64,000 nt of DNA, from assembly GCA_017621975.1 (NCBI GenBank), contig JAGARW010000051.1, positions 17 to 64,016 on the forward strand, given 5' to 3'. The stretch is from Lachnospiraceae bacterium. Its GTDB lineage: Bacteria; Bacillota; Clostridia; Lachnospirales; Lachnospiraceae. A program made the position numbers and the translations under genes. The notes under the pieces were generated by a model. That model saw only the letters and a list, made by a program, of their open reading frames with translations. It did no database searches and was not told the DNA's origin. Shown here piece by piece: positions 47,805 to 57,643 of the stretch (within the stretch, counting starts at the first letter, position 1; every line of letters begins with the position of its first letter).

Positions 47805-49211
47805 TTATTTTCCGGTCTTTTCCAGATATTTCTTCGTCTCTGCCGCCGCAACGCCGCTCAGCGCAATGAGCGCGATCATATTCGGCAGCGCCATTAAACC
47901 GTTAAAAATATCCGCGATCGTCCAGACAGCCGCAACCGTCATATACGGTCCGATAAAGATCGCCAGAATATAAATCCACCGATAGCCCTTCACAACCTTC
48001 ATATTGCCGCCCGTCAAATATTCCAGACATTTCTCGCTGTAATAATCCCATCCGAGAATTGTTGTAAATGCAAAAAATACAAGACATACCATCAGGATAA
48101 AAGAAGCGGCCTGATCCGGGAACGGAAGTCCTTCCTGAAATGCCCTCGTTGTCACGGCAACGCCTTCCAGCCCTACATTCCACGAACCGGTGATGACGAT
48201 CGTCAGACCTGTCAGCGTACAGATAATGATCGTATCGATGATCGTGCCCATCATAGAAACAAGTCCCTGTCCCGCCGGTTCTTCTACCTGAGCCGCCGCC
48301 GCTGCGATCGGCGCGCTTCCAAGTCCCGCCTCATTGGAAAAGATACCTCTTGCAATTCCCTTTTGCATCGCCATAATCATTGCGCCAAGCGCGCCGCCTG
48401 CCGCCGCACGCATTCCGAACGCGCTCTGTACGATCTCTACGATTGCTGCGGGAACCTTCGTAATATTAAATAAGATAACGAGCAGCGCCGCCGCAATGTA
48501 AAGCGCCGCCATAAACGGTACGACCACTTCCGCCACCTTGGAAATCCGCTTCAGGCCGCCGATAATAACAAGTCCGACGCAGGCTGTTAAAATAACGCCT
48601 GTTATAACGACCGTCCATGAATATTCTCTGCCAAACAGACTGACCGTCCATGCATTTGACGGGTCAAAGAAATTGTTGACCGCGCTGGAAATTCCGTTGA
48701 CCTGCGTAAATGTACCGATTCCAAACAAGCCTACGCCTACACCGAAAAAGGCGAATATCTTTCCAAGCCATTTCCACTTTGCGCCCATGCCTTTTTCAAT
48801 ATAATAGAACGGTCCGCCGATGATATGTCCGTCCTTTGCTACGGTACGGTATTTCACGGCCAGCATACATTCCGTATATTTTGTCGCCGTGCCAAGCAAG
48901 GCTGCGAGCCACATCCAGAACATTGCGCCCGGGCCGCCCGTCACAATGGCGGTCGCAACGCCGACGATATTGCCGGTACCGATCGTTGCGGAAAGCGCCG
49001 TGCAAAGCGCTCCAAAGCTGCTGACCTCGCCGTCGTTCCCGCTTTTTTCGTTGGCAACGATATGTTTAACTGCCAGACCAAGCTTTGTAAATTGTAATCC
49101 TTTCAGTCGCACTGTCAAAAAAATGCCGACCGCCAGAATGAGCACGATAAGCGGCACACCCCAGACAAAGTCGTCAATCGCAGTTAAAACAGCGCTGATC
49201 GATTCTAACAT
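47805..49211 (-). CDS. Alanine/glycine:cation symporter (AGCS family)
   Basis: ATIGTGNIVGVA, GGPGAMFWMW and RGIFSNEAGLGS motifs. Confidence 0.95.
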   Translation of the reverse strand: MLESISAVLTAIDDFVWGVPLIVLILAVGIFLTVRLKGLQFTKLGLAVKHIVANEKSGNDGEVSSFGALCTALSATIGTGNIVGVATAIVTGGPGAMFWMWLAALLGTATKYTECMLAVKYRTVAKDGHIIGGPFYYIEKGMGAKWKWLGKIFAFFGVGVGLFGIGTFTQVNGISSAVNNFFDPSNAWTVSLFGREYSWTVVITGVILTACVGLVIIGGLKRISKVAEVVVPFMAALYIAAALLVILFNITKVPAAIVEIVQSAFGMRAAAGGALGAMIMAMQKGIARGIFSNEAGLGSAPIAAAAAQVEEPAGQGLVSMMGTIIDTIIICTLTGLTIVITGSWNVGLEGVAVTTRAFQEGLPFPDQAASFILMVCLVFFAFTTILGWDYYSEKCLEYLTGGNMKVVKGYRWIYILAIFIGPYMTVAAVWTIADIFNGLMALPNMIALIALSGVAAAETKKYLEKTGK

Positions 49212-49504
49212 AATACGTTCCTCCTCCTACTTTTTCACACTACCGTACCATAGTATCACATTATCACGCACAAGGCAACCGTTTTGACGCTTTTTCAGAT
49301 CCGGACAGCAAAAACCTTTCTTTAAGCCAGAAGCCGTCAAGCTGCGCAGCCTGCGCGGTCTGACGACGATGTTTTAAACAAAGCCTTCCGGCATCCGCAC
49401 GGCGTTGACACATCCCGTCTCAAATGCTAAAGTTGTACTATGCATCGGAATCTTTTCATCCGGCATCTATGCTTTTATCAAATACATTTTCAGGAGAATC
49501 ACAG

Positions 49505-50383
49505 ATGAAACCAATCGGCATTGTTACGGACAGTCACAGCAGTATTTCCCAGAAACAGGCGAAGGAACTCGGCGTCGCCGTCCTTCCTATGCCTTTCTAT
49601 ATCGACGGCACATGCTACTATGAAGATATTACGTTATCAAGAGAAGAATTTTTCAGGCGGCTTGACTCCGGCGCGGATATTTCCACCTCGCAGCCCGCTC
49701 CGGCGGAGGTGTTGAAATATTGGGACGATGCGCTTAGAGAATACGAGCAGGTCCTGTACATTCCGATCAGCAGCGGTCTGTCCGGCTCCTGCTCGACCGC
49801 TCACATGCTCGCGCAGGACGAACCGTACAAGGGAAGAATCTTCGTCGTTGACAACGGCAGAGTTTCCACGCCGCTCCACTGCACGATTCTCGACGCTCTG
49901 AATCTGATCGAAAAGGGCTTTTCCGCTGCGGAGATTAAGCGGATTCTGGAAGAATACCGTGATAAAATGGTCATCTACGTCGGCGTTGATACATTGGAAC
50001 ATTTAAAGAAGGGCGGACGGATCACGCCTGCCACGGCGGCGATCGGCAGCATCCTTAACATCAAGCCGGTTCTCCGCTTTGACGTCGGAACGCTCGATAC
50101 CTACAAAAAATGCCGCGGTTTTCTGAAAGCAAAAAAGACAATGTTGGAAGCGATGCGCCATGACCTGACGACACGTTTCAAGAAATGGTATGAAAAAGGC
50201 GATATTTATCTTCTCGCCGCTTCCAGTTCTACAAAAGAAGCGACAGAAGAATGGATCAATGAAATCAAAGACTTTTTCCCCGGCATGGACGTTATGTGCG
50301 ACGACCTTTCGCTCGGCGTCTCCTGCCATATCGGCTTCGGCGGACTGGGGATCGGATGCTCCTGCAAACCGGACGTTGGATAA
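49505..50383 (+). CDS. DegV / FakB fatty-acid-binding protein
   Basis: IVTDS, STSQP, ISSGLSGS and LKKGGRI motifs; AGGAG RBS before ATG 49505. Confidence 0.93.
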   Translation: MKPIGIVTDSHSSISQKQAKELGVAVLPMPFYIDGTCYYEDITLSREEFFRRLDSGADISTSQPAPAEVLKYWDDALREYEQVLYIPISSGLSGSCSTAHMLAQDEPYKGRIFVVDNGRVSTPLHCTILDALNLIEKGFSAAEIKRILEEYRDKMVIYVGVDTLEHLKKGGRITPATAAIGSILNIKPVLRFDVGTLDTYKKCRGFLKAKKTMLEAMRHDLTTRFKKWYEKGDIYLLAASSSTKEATEEWINEIKDFFPGMDVMCDDLSLGVSCHIGFGGLGIGCSCKPDVG

Positions 50384-50404
50384 AACGGAAGTCTTTTCTC
50401 ATAA

Positions 50405-50717
50405 AGATTCAGGCGCTGAAAGTCCTTGTATTTTACGACACTTTGTCAAATTGCACAAAAATTTCATTTCCTGTTCCGGAGCTTCGGATATAAGTCTTTC
50501 TAAGCGTTCCGTTCATTCTCTGAGAAAAGCTGACGCAACCGGCGAAAATTCGCCATCCTTGGCTCAGTTTCGCCTTTTTCGGACATCGTATCCGAAACTT
50601 GCTGCGTACCGACGGAACGTTAAGAAAGGCTAATATCCTGCGCAGTCACAGGAAACGAAATAGTTTGTGCAGTTTGACAAGATCCGTTTTCAACAAGGGC
50701 TTTTAACACCCGAATCT
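50405..50717. repeat. Long palindromic repeat element, copy C
   Basis: Interior closely similar to copy A (GTCAAATTGCACAAAAATTTCATTTCCTGT...TGTGCAGTTTGAC). The outer arms differ in sequence but are self-complementary. Confidence 0.88.
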
Positions 50718-50740
50718 CATAAAATAAAATACCTCATTAT

Positions 50741-51565
50741 TTAAAACGGATTGTAAAACCGGCTGCCGTCGTAGAATGTCACGACCAGCGCCGAGACGCA
50801 GAAAACGATCACAAATACGATGCTCAGATAATCGTTCCTCTGCAGCGGCTTCCCGGAATACCATGTCCGTTTTTTGTTTTTTCCGAAGCCTCTCAGCTCC
50901 ATTGCGTTGCTGACGACGTCGATCCGGTCCATACTCGAAAAAATAAGCGGGAAAATGATCGTCGACATATTTTTCAGTCTTGTCAGCAGATTCGCCTTAG
51001 AGGACATCTCGATTCCTCGCGCCTCCTGCGCGTGCTTGATCTTTGTAAAATCATGCTGAACATCCGGCACATAACGGAGCGCGATCGCCACCGCATAGCC
51101 CGCGCGATAGCTGATGCCGATACGGTTCAGCGACGCGGCAAATTCGCTCGGATTCGTCGTTACAATAAAGATCAGTACGACAGGAATGACCGTAAAATAT
51201 TTCAGCATAATATTGAACTCGTAAAACAATTGCTCCTTCGTCAGCGTATAATGCCAGAACAAATGCAGCAGATCGGTTCTCGTTCCGTAAACCTCCGTCC
51301 CCTGATAGGGCGAAATCGCAAAAATCGTGAACAGGTTCAGCGCAAGAAACAACAGGATAAATTTAAAAATCGTCCCGACCTGCTTCCACTCCGTTTTGGA
51401 AGTCTTATACAGTACAAGGCTGCACAAAAGCATCACAAGCAGAACCCTCGTATCGTAGGTAAGCATTCCGACAACCGACCAGAGCAGGAAAAAAAGCAGC
51501 TTTGTCACACCGCTGAGCCTGTGAATCCATGTATCCTTCGGCGCATATGTCAATAGTCTCGACAT
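50741..51565 (-). CDS. ecfT: ECF transporter T component
   Basis: AQEARG and AMELRGF motifs; TM helices. Confidence 0.93.
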   Translation of the reverse strand: MSRLLTYAPKDTWIHRLSGVTKLLFFLLWSVVGMLTYDTRVLLVMLLCSLVLYKTSKTEWKQVGTIFKFILLFLALNLFTIFAISPYQGTEVYGTRTDLLHLFWHYTLTKEQLFYEFNIMLKYFTVIPVVLIFIVTTNPSEFAASLNRIGISYRAGYAVAIALRYVPDVQHDFTKIKHAQEARGIEMSSKANLLTRLKNMSTIIFPLIFSSMDRIDVVSNAMELRGFGKNKKRTWYSGKPLQRNDYLSIVFVIVFCVSALVVTFYDGSRFYNPF

Positions 51566-53268
51566 TTCCGTCTTACCTCTCTTTCATAATGAATAAAACG
51601 CTCTGCAAACGCCGAAGCATCGGAAATGCCGCACCGAAGCGCCAGATCATACAGCGAAGTCTTTTTCAAATATGCCTGCCGGGCGATCTCTTCATTTGTC
51701 AGTACCTTTGCCGGCGTATCGTCCGCAAGCAGCCTGCCGTCCGCAATAACGACCGCGCGGTCAGTGTATTCCAGCATCAGATGCATATCGTGCGTGATCA
51801 TCAGTATCGTGATATGATGCTTCTCATTCAGCTCTTTCAAAAACTCCATGATCTCAGTATAATGACGATAATCCTGACCTGCCGTCGGCTCGTCCAAAAT
51901 GAGAATATCCGGGTCAAGCGCAAGGATCGAGGCGATCGTAACGCGCTTTTTCTGTCCAAAGCTGAGCGCCGATACTGGCCAGTTGCGGAACGGATAAAGC
52001 CCGCATATCTTCAGCGTATCGTATACCTTTTCCTTGATCTGCTCTTCCAATACGCCGCGCGCCCGCAGCCCAAGCGCCACCTCGTCATAAATCATCGGTT
52101 TGGAAATCATCTGGTTCGGATTCTGCATGACAAGCCCGATCTTCTCGCCGCGCTCCTTAATCGATAATCCCGCAATATCCTTTCCGCCCAGCAAAATAGC
52201 GCCGTTATCAGGATTCACAAATCCGCAGATCAGATTGGAAAGCGTGCTTTTACCCGCGCCGTTCTTACCGACAACACTGATCATTTCTCCCTTGTGTATC
52301 TTGAAACGGATGTCGCGCAGCACCGGTCTGCCCGTAATATAGGCAAAATCCAAGTCCAACACCTCAAGCATCGGCTCCGTCTTTTTTTCTTTCGGCGGGA
52401 GCGGCGCCTTTTCAAACCAATTCCGCACCTGCTGCGCATAGGGCGCAAGTTCCATCGTCTCAACATGCTCAGGATGTGTCTCCGGCGCAAGAGCGCAGCC
52501 CGCATGCTTAAGCGCCGTTACATACAAGGGCTCGCGGATTCCCTGTTTCTCCAGTACATCGCCGCATAAAAGCTCTTCCGGGCGGCAGTCCGCAGCCACC
52601 CTTCCTTCTCCGATCACAATGATGCGGTCTACATCTTTATATAAGACATCCTCCAGTCTATGCTCAATAATGAGAATGGTTGTATTCTTTTTCTTCTGAA
52701 TCTCGTCGATCAGGCTGATCGCACGCTTGCCAGTCGCCGGATCAAGATTCGCAAGCGGTTCATCAAACAGCAGAATATCAACGTCGTCTACCATAACGCC
52801 CGCCATGGAAACGCGCTGCTTTTGTCCGCCTGAAAGCTCGGTCGGCGCGTTTCCGAGCAGCTTTTTCACATCTACGATTTCCGCCACCGCATCGACTCGG
52901 GCAAACATCTCCTCCTGCTCTACACAGTCGTTTTCCAGAGCAAACGCAATATCTTCCGCGACAGTCAGTCCGATAAACTGCCCGTCCGTATCCTGCAGTA
53001 CCGTTCCTACGGTTTTGGACATCCCAAAGACGCCCTCCTTTGCAGGCTCCTTTCCCCCGACCGTCAGGCTTCCCTGTGCTTCTCCGGGAAAAGAAAATGG
53101 AACCAGTCCGTTGATACAGTGGGCAATCGTCGATTTCCCCGATCCGGACGGTCCCACGATCAATACCTTTTCTCCGGGATAAATCGTAAGATTAATATCC
53201 CGGAGAGTCGGCTCCACCTGAGATCGATATTTGAATGTGTAATTCCGAAATTCGATAATAGGCTCCAT
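51550..53268 (-). CDS. ECF transporter fused double ATPase
   Basis: Two ABC domains (GPSGSGKS/LSGGQ and GKNGAGKS/LSFGQ). Confidence 0.94.
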   Translation of the reverse strand: MEPIIEFRNYTFKYRSQVEPTLRDINLTIYPGEKVLIVGPSGSGKSTIAHCINGLVPFSFPGEAQGSLTVGGKEPAKEGVFGMSKTVGTVLQDTDGQFIGLTVAEDIAFALENDCVEQEEMFARVDAVAEIVDVKKLLGNAPTELSGGQKQRVSMAGVMVDDVDILLFDEPLANLDPATGKRAISLIDEIQKKKNTTILIIEHRLEDVLYKDVDRIIVIGEGRVAADCRPEELLCGDVLEKQGIREPLYVTALKHAGCALAPETHPEHVETMELAPYAQQVRNWFEKAPLPPKEKKTEPMLEVLDLDFAYITGRPVLRDIRFKIHKGEMISVVGKNGAGKSTLSNLICGFVNPDNGAILLGGKDIAGLSIKERGEKIGLVMQNPNQMISKPMIYDEVALGLRARGVLEEQIKEKVYDTLKICGLYPFRNWPVSALSFGQKKRVTIASILALDPDILILDEPTAGQDYRHYTEIMEFLKELNEKHHITILMITHDMHLMLEYTDRAVVIADGRLLADDTPAKVLTNEEIARQAYLKKTSLYDLALRCGISDASAFAERFIHYEREVRRKCRDY

Positions 53269-53289
53269 AACAGCTTCCTTCTGATTTGA

Positions 53290-53859
53290 TTAGTCCTCTT
53301 TTGTCAGACTTGAAGATTTTGCGCCAACCTTGGAATAAGCGGCGGCAAGCAGCGTTCCAAGTACGCCCGCTACAATAATATTGCCGATGAAAGCAAGTAC
53401 GCCCTGCGTAAATACCTTTGCAGCCGGTTCCGCATAAATCAGAATATCAAGCAGCGGCGCAAGCCCGATCCATGCCAGCGCATTGCCGATCACCTGAACG
53501 ACATTGAAAAAGACGATCGTCTTTCCGTTTGAAAAACCGCCCTCGCGGATCGCATATTTGGATGCGAACAGACCTACGACAATACCGAACAGCGCGTCCG
53601 GGAATACCCAACTCCACCATACGCCTCCGTAGAAAAGCGCGTCGCCGAGCGCATGTCCGATCAGACCGATCGCGCCGCCGACAACAGGTCCGAATACCGC
53701 GGCAAAAAATGTCAGAATCGCTACTCTGGACTGAAGGGCTGTATTCGGAATAATGCCGAACGGCACCTGAACATTCGTCAGTACGACAAATAAGGCCGTG
53801 CCGATACCGATTGCAACAACTTCTTTAATCCCAAACTTTGTTTTCATAATTTCCTCCAT
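53290..53859 (-). CDS. ECF transporter S component
   Basis: VVAIGIGTALF, FGPVVG and WWSWV motifs; in an operon with its own A-A' and T components. Confidence 0.9.
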   Translation of the reverse strand: MEEIMKTKFGIKEVVAIGIGTALFVVLTNVQVPFGIIPNTALQSRVAILTFFAAVFGPVVGGAIGLIGHALGDALFYGGVWWSWVFPDALFGIVVGLFASKYAIREGGFSNGKTIVFFNVVQVIGNALAWIGLAPLLDILIYAEPAAKVFTQGVLAFIGNIIVAGVLGTLLAAAYSKVGAKSSSLTKED

Positions 53860-53910
53860 CTCCTCATATGTATTGGTATAAAATTTCCCTTTTCATGATA
53901 AAAGATTTTT

Positions 53911-56900
53911 TTATAATTTACAATAGATTATTTTATGAAAATGGAACGAATAGATCAATTTTTCCTTTACCTTTTTCCCTGTAATCTTCGACAGCGCTTC
54001 GCCGTAATAATCAAGCTGTGTCTGATAGCGGTCAACAAGTTCTTCTTCCCGCTCTACCCGGTCCGTTTTATAATCCAGTACGACAAGTTCTCCGTCTTCT
54101 TCCCAATAGACGTCGATGATTCCCTGAATCAAAACCGTCTCGTCCGCGGGAAACTCCGGCTTCACACGATCCGCTGCAAGTCCGAGCATGAACGGCTGCT
54201 CCTTTCTAAGCAGCAAAAGGCGGTCTGCCGCGCTCATCCGCGCTGCTTCCTTTGTCATCAGAAATTCCGCAATACTTCCCGCATGAATGCAGTCGTATTC
54301 TTCTTTTGTCAGCCTGCCGCTTTCCAGAAAAGCGTCCAGCTCATTTTTGACCCTGTCGGTCAACTCCCGTTTCCTTTTCTTTGCCGCGCTCTCATCATCC
54401 GCGGACGAAAGAAGTCCGCCGCTCTCCTGCGCGTCCCCGAACGGGAAACCTGCAAAGTCAAGCAGCTCCATCGCACGGTGAAAAGCGCTTCCCCGCATAC
54501 TGCCTGAGAATTTCTCTTCCCTGCCTGCAAAGCGCGGCACATACGCTTCCCGAATCTGTGTGTCAAATAAATGTGCCGCTCCCTCTGACGCTTCCGTCAT
54601 ATGCTCCAGCTTCAATTCCGACACCGTCGTCTTCGTATATAGATGCTCCAAAGCACGCCACGGATACGTGTAGGCAAACCGCTTTTCAAACGCCTGCTGC
54701 CACTGCGGCACTGTTTTCTCCCGTTCATATGCGGCAAGACGCCGTCTTCTCCATCCGTCGTCTGCCAGCGCCTGCACCTCATCCGCTTTCAATGTCATAC
54801 TGTCCGCCACACTTACATTGTCCCATGCCGGAAGCAGAAAATCAAGCAGACTGCCCGCTGCCTGAAGCGTCAGAAACGATACCTTATCCTTCCGCTCCAT
54901 CCCAAGCGCAGCCAGTTTCTTTTCCGGTTCCGGGATACAGCCTGTCAAAATCAGCTTCTCCTTCGCACGCGTCATCGCCACATAAAGAATCCGCAGCTCC
55001 TCGCCGAGGCTGTCAAGCTGCTGCTTTCTCGCAAGCACATTGCGCCGCAGCGTCGTCCGGCGCATCCGGCGTTCCAGATCGACATATTCGCAGCCAAGCC
55101 CGAAATCTACGTCCATCAAAAGACTCTTCGTCTGATCCTGCATGTTGAACCTCTTTGCAAGCCCCGCCACGATGCAGACCGGAAACTCCAGTCCCTTACT
55201 TTTATGAATGCTCATAATCCGCACAACGTCCGCATGCTCGTCGACCGTACCCGCTTCTCCGTAGTCCACGTCGTACTTTTCCAGTTGTTCCATATAGCGG
55301 ATAAACGCAAACAGTCCGTGGCTGCCCGTCTGTTCAAAGTCCGCCGCCCGGCGCAGCAGCATCTCCAGATTCGCCTTACGGATGTCGCCGCCCGGAAACG
55401 CAGCCATCATCCGCAAATATCCGGTCTGCGCCATAACTTCCCGCAGAAGCTGCTTCACAGGCTCATAAGCGCTCTTTTCCCGGTAAGTACGCACGAGCGT
55501 AAGGAAATCCGCCGCCTTACGCCGCAGCGCATCGTCTATGAAAACATGCTCCACAGCGGACGCTCCCGCCGCAGTTTCCTCCTGCTCTTTGCCTGCGCCG
55601 CCCGCCTTCGTTTCTCCCGCTGCCGCCGCCATAGCTTCATACAGCTTTCCATCCGGCAGCGCGGCGCGTATCTGCGCAATCTCCGTATCATTGAAACCGC
55701 CGATCATGGACCGGAGTACCCCAAACAATGGAATGTCCTGCATCGGATTGTCCAAAATCCGCAGAAAATGCAGCATTGTCCTGATTTCATTCGACGAAAA
55801 ATAGCCGGTAGACGAAGTCGTATAAGCCGGAATGCCATACTCCTTCAGCGTCGTCTGTATCGCCTCGTCCCATCCCGCATTCGTGCGCAGCAGAATCGCA
55901 ATGTCGCCGTAGCGCATACTGCGAAGCTCTCCGCTCTCTTTATCCGTCACTTTTCCTTCCCGCATCAGTCTGCGGATGCGCTGCGCAATCAATACGGCTT
56001 CCTGCTCCGCCTTTGACTTATGACTTTCCCCGTCGCGGGCAAGCAGCAAAAGCTCCGTCTGTGCCCCCTCATACTCTGGATATGCCGCGCCCGGATAAAG
56101 CGCCGCCTCGTTATCATACTCAACGCCGCCGAGTTCCTTTCCCATAATGCGCGAAAAAACAGTATTGACGCTTTCCGTCACCTCACGGCGGCTTCTGAAA
56201 TTCTGATGCAGGTTGATCTTCCGTTCCTCTCCGTCCTCCGTATAACGGTCGTATTTTTCCATAAAAATTTCCGGTCTTGCAAGGCGGAATTTATAAATGC
56301 TCTGCTTCACGTCCCCGACCATAAAACGGTTGTATCTTCCCTCCGGCTCGCCCGAAATACTTTGCAGCAAATATTCCTGAACCAGATTGCTGTCCTGATA
56401 CTCATCGATCATAATCTCATGAAAATAGCTCCGGTAATCCTCCGCCGCCTTCGACGGCGCATAGCCGCCGTCCTCCTGCTCCGTAAGCAGGATCTGGAGC
56501 GCATAATGCTCAATATCGGCAAAGTCTACGATGTTTTTTTCCTGCTTGCCCGCGCGCAGCCGCTCTCCGAATTCAATCGTCAGGCTTACGAGCGTTTCGA
56601 TCGTTTCCCTGCTGCCGGACAAATCCGCAAACGCCGTATCTCCAGAAACAAAGAAGTAACGTTCCTTCAGCTTTTCAACCGCTGCCTTTACCTCTGCGCG
56701 GATTCCCTTGACACGCTCTCTTTTTTCCGGGGAAACGCTGTCGTCCTTCTTGGACGGCAGCCTGCCGAATGTCATTTTGCAGACCGCCTGTCTGTATTCC
56801 TCAAACGTATGCGCTTCCGCGCTTTCGCTTTCAGGCTCGCCGCCGCACGCAGCCGCAAGCTCATCCGCCTCCGACTCCAGCAGCGGCGCATACATATAAG

Positions 56901-57630
56901 GTCCGTCCGCTTCCTCGCAGACCGCAAGCGCCTCTCTCATGCGCGCTGCGCAGGCTGACAGGATACGCCTCACATCTTCCTTCGCAAATGCCAGCCAGTC
57001 TGACCGTTCCGCCGCATCCGCCCCTTCCGGCGCATAATCGCTCGCCGCCGCGCGCAGCCATTTCTCCGGGAACGGATGGCTGCGTGAAAAATCATACAGA
57101 CGCTGAATATGCTCCGCCAGCGCTTTTTCATCCCCGCCTTGATGAAGCCCTTCCAGGCAGCGCACAAACGCCTCGTCCTCATCCGCAAAATGCGCTTCCA
57201 GCAGCTCCTCCATCGCATCGGCGCGCAGCAGCTTCAGTTCCCCTTCATCCGCTACGCGGAAGCCCGGATCCAATCCAATATCGTTAAAATTATTGCGGAT
57301 GATAAAGAGACAGAAGCTGTCGATCGTCGTGATCTGCGCATTGTGCAGCAGCGTCATCTGTCTTTGCAGATGCATATTATCCGGCTCTTCCTCAAGCCGT
57401 CTGCCAAGCGCGTCGCTGATCCTCTCCCGCATTTCCGCCGCAGCCGCATTGGTAAAGGTAACGATGAGCAGCCTGTCAATGTCCACAGGGCGGCTTTCGT
57501 CGCTGACCATACGGACGATCCGCTCAACGAGCACCGCCGTCTTACCGCTGCCCGCCGCCGCGGAAACGAGAAGATTGCACCCTCTTGATTCAATGACCTT
57601 CTGTTGTTCTTCCGTATAAGAAAAGCCCAT
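53911..57630 (-). CDS. addA: Helicase-exonuclease AddAB subunit A
   Basis: AAAGSGKT, DEYQD, VGDVKQSIY and HKSKGLE motifs; C-terminal GIID...DYKTD nuclease. Confidence 0.97.
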   Translation of the reverse strand: MGFSYTEEQQKVIESRGCNLLVSAAAGSGKTAVLVERIVRMVSDESRPVDIDRLLIVTFTNAAAAEMRERISDALGRRLEEEPDNMHLQRQMTLLHNAQITTIDSFCLFIIRNNFNDIGLDPGFRVADEGELKLLRADAMEELLEAHFADEDEAFVRCLEGLHQGGDEKALAEHIQRLYDFSRSHPFPEKWLRAAASDYAPEGADAAERSDWLAFAKEDVRRILSACAARMREALAVCEEADGPYMYAPLLESEADELAAACGGEPESESAEAHTFEEYRQAVCKMTFGRLPSKKDDSVSPEKRERVKGIRAEVKAAVEKLKERYFFVSGDTAFADLSGSRETIETLVSLTIEFGERLRAGKQEKNIVDFADIEHYALQILLTEQEDGGYAPSKAAEDYRSYFHEIMIDEYQDSNLVQEYLLQSISGEPEGRYNRFMVGDVKQSIYKFRLARPEIFMEKYDRYTEDGEERKINLHQNFRSRREVTESVNTVFSRIMGKELGGVEYDNEAALYPGAAYPEYEGAQTELLLLARDGESHKSKAEQEAVLIAQRIRRLMREGKVTDKESGELRSMRYGDIAILLRTNAGWDEAIQTTLKEYGIPAYTTSSTGYFSSNEIRTMLHFLRILDNPMQDIPLFGVLRSMIGGFNDTEIAQIRAALPDGKLYEAMAAAAGETKAGGAGKEQEETAAGASAVEHVFIDDALRRKAADFLTLVRTYREKSAYEPVKQLLREVMAQTGYLRMMAAFPGGDIRKANLEMLLRRAADFEQTGSHGLFAFIRYMEQLEKYDVDYGEAGTVDEHADVVRIMSIHKSKGLEFPVCIVAGLAKRFNMQDQTKSLLMDVDFGLGCEYVDLERRMRRTTLRRNVLARKQQLDSLGEELRILYVAMTRAKEKLILTGCIPEPEKKLAALGMERKDKVSFLTLQAAGSLLDFLLPAWDNVSVADSMTLKADEVQALADDGWRRRRLAAYEREKTVPQWQQAFEKRFAYTYPWRALEHLYTKTTVSELKLEHMTEASEGAAHLFDTQIREAYVPRFAGREEKFSGSMRGSAFHRAMELLDFAGFPFGDAQESGGLLSSADDESAAKKRKRELTDRVKNELDAFLESGRLTKEEYDCIHAGSIAEFLMTKEAARMSAADRLLLLRKEQPFMLGLAADRVKPEFPADETVLIQGIIDVYWEEDGELVVLDYKTDRVEREEELVDRYQTQLDYYGEALSKITGKKVKEKLIYSFHFHKIIYCKL

Positions 57631-57643
57631 TGTGTCTTCTCCT

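Noticed and set aside
54643-56016. Long plus-strand ORFs opposite real genes (also 21511-22455, 23210-24202, 38927-39928, 59834-61015, 62424-63512)
   Set aside because: They mirror well-supported minus-strand genes, show no recognisable motifs, and are expected from codon bias.
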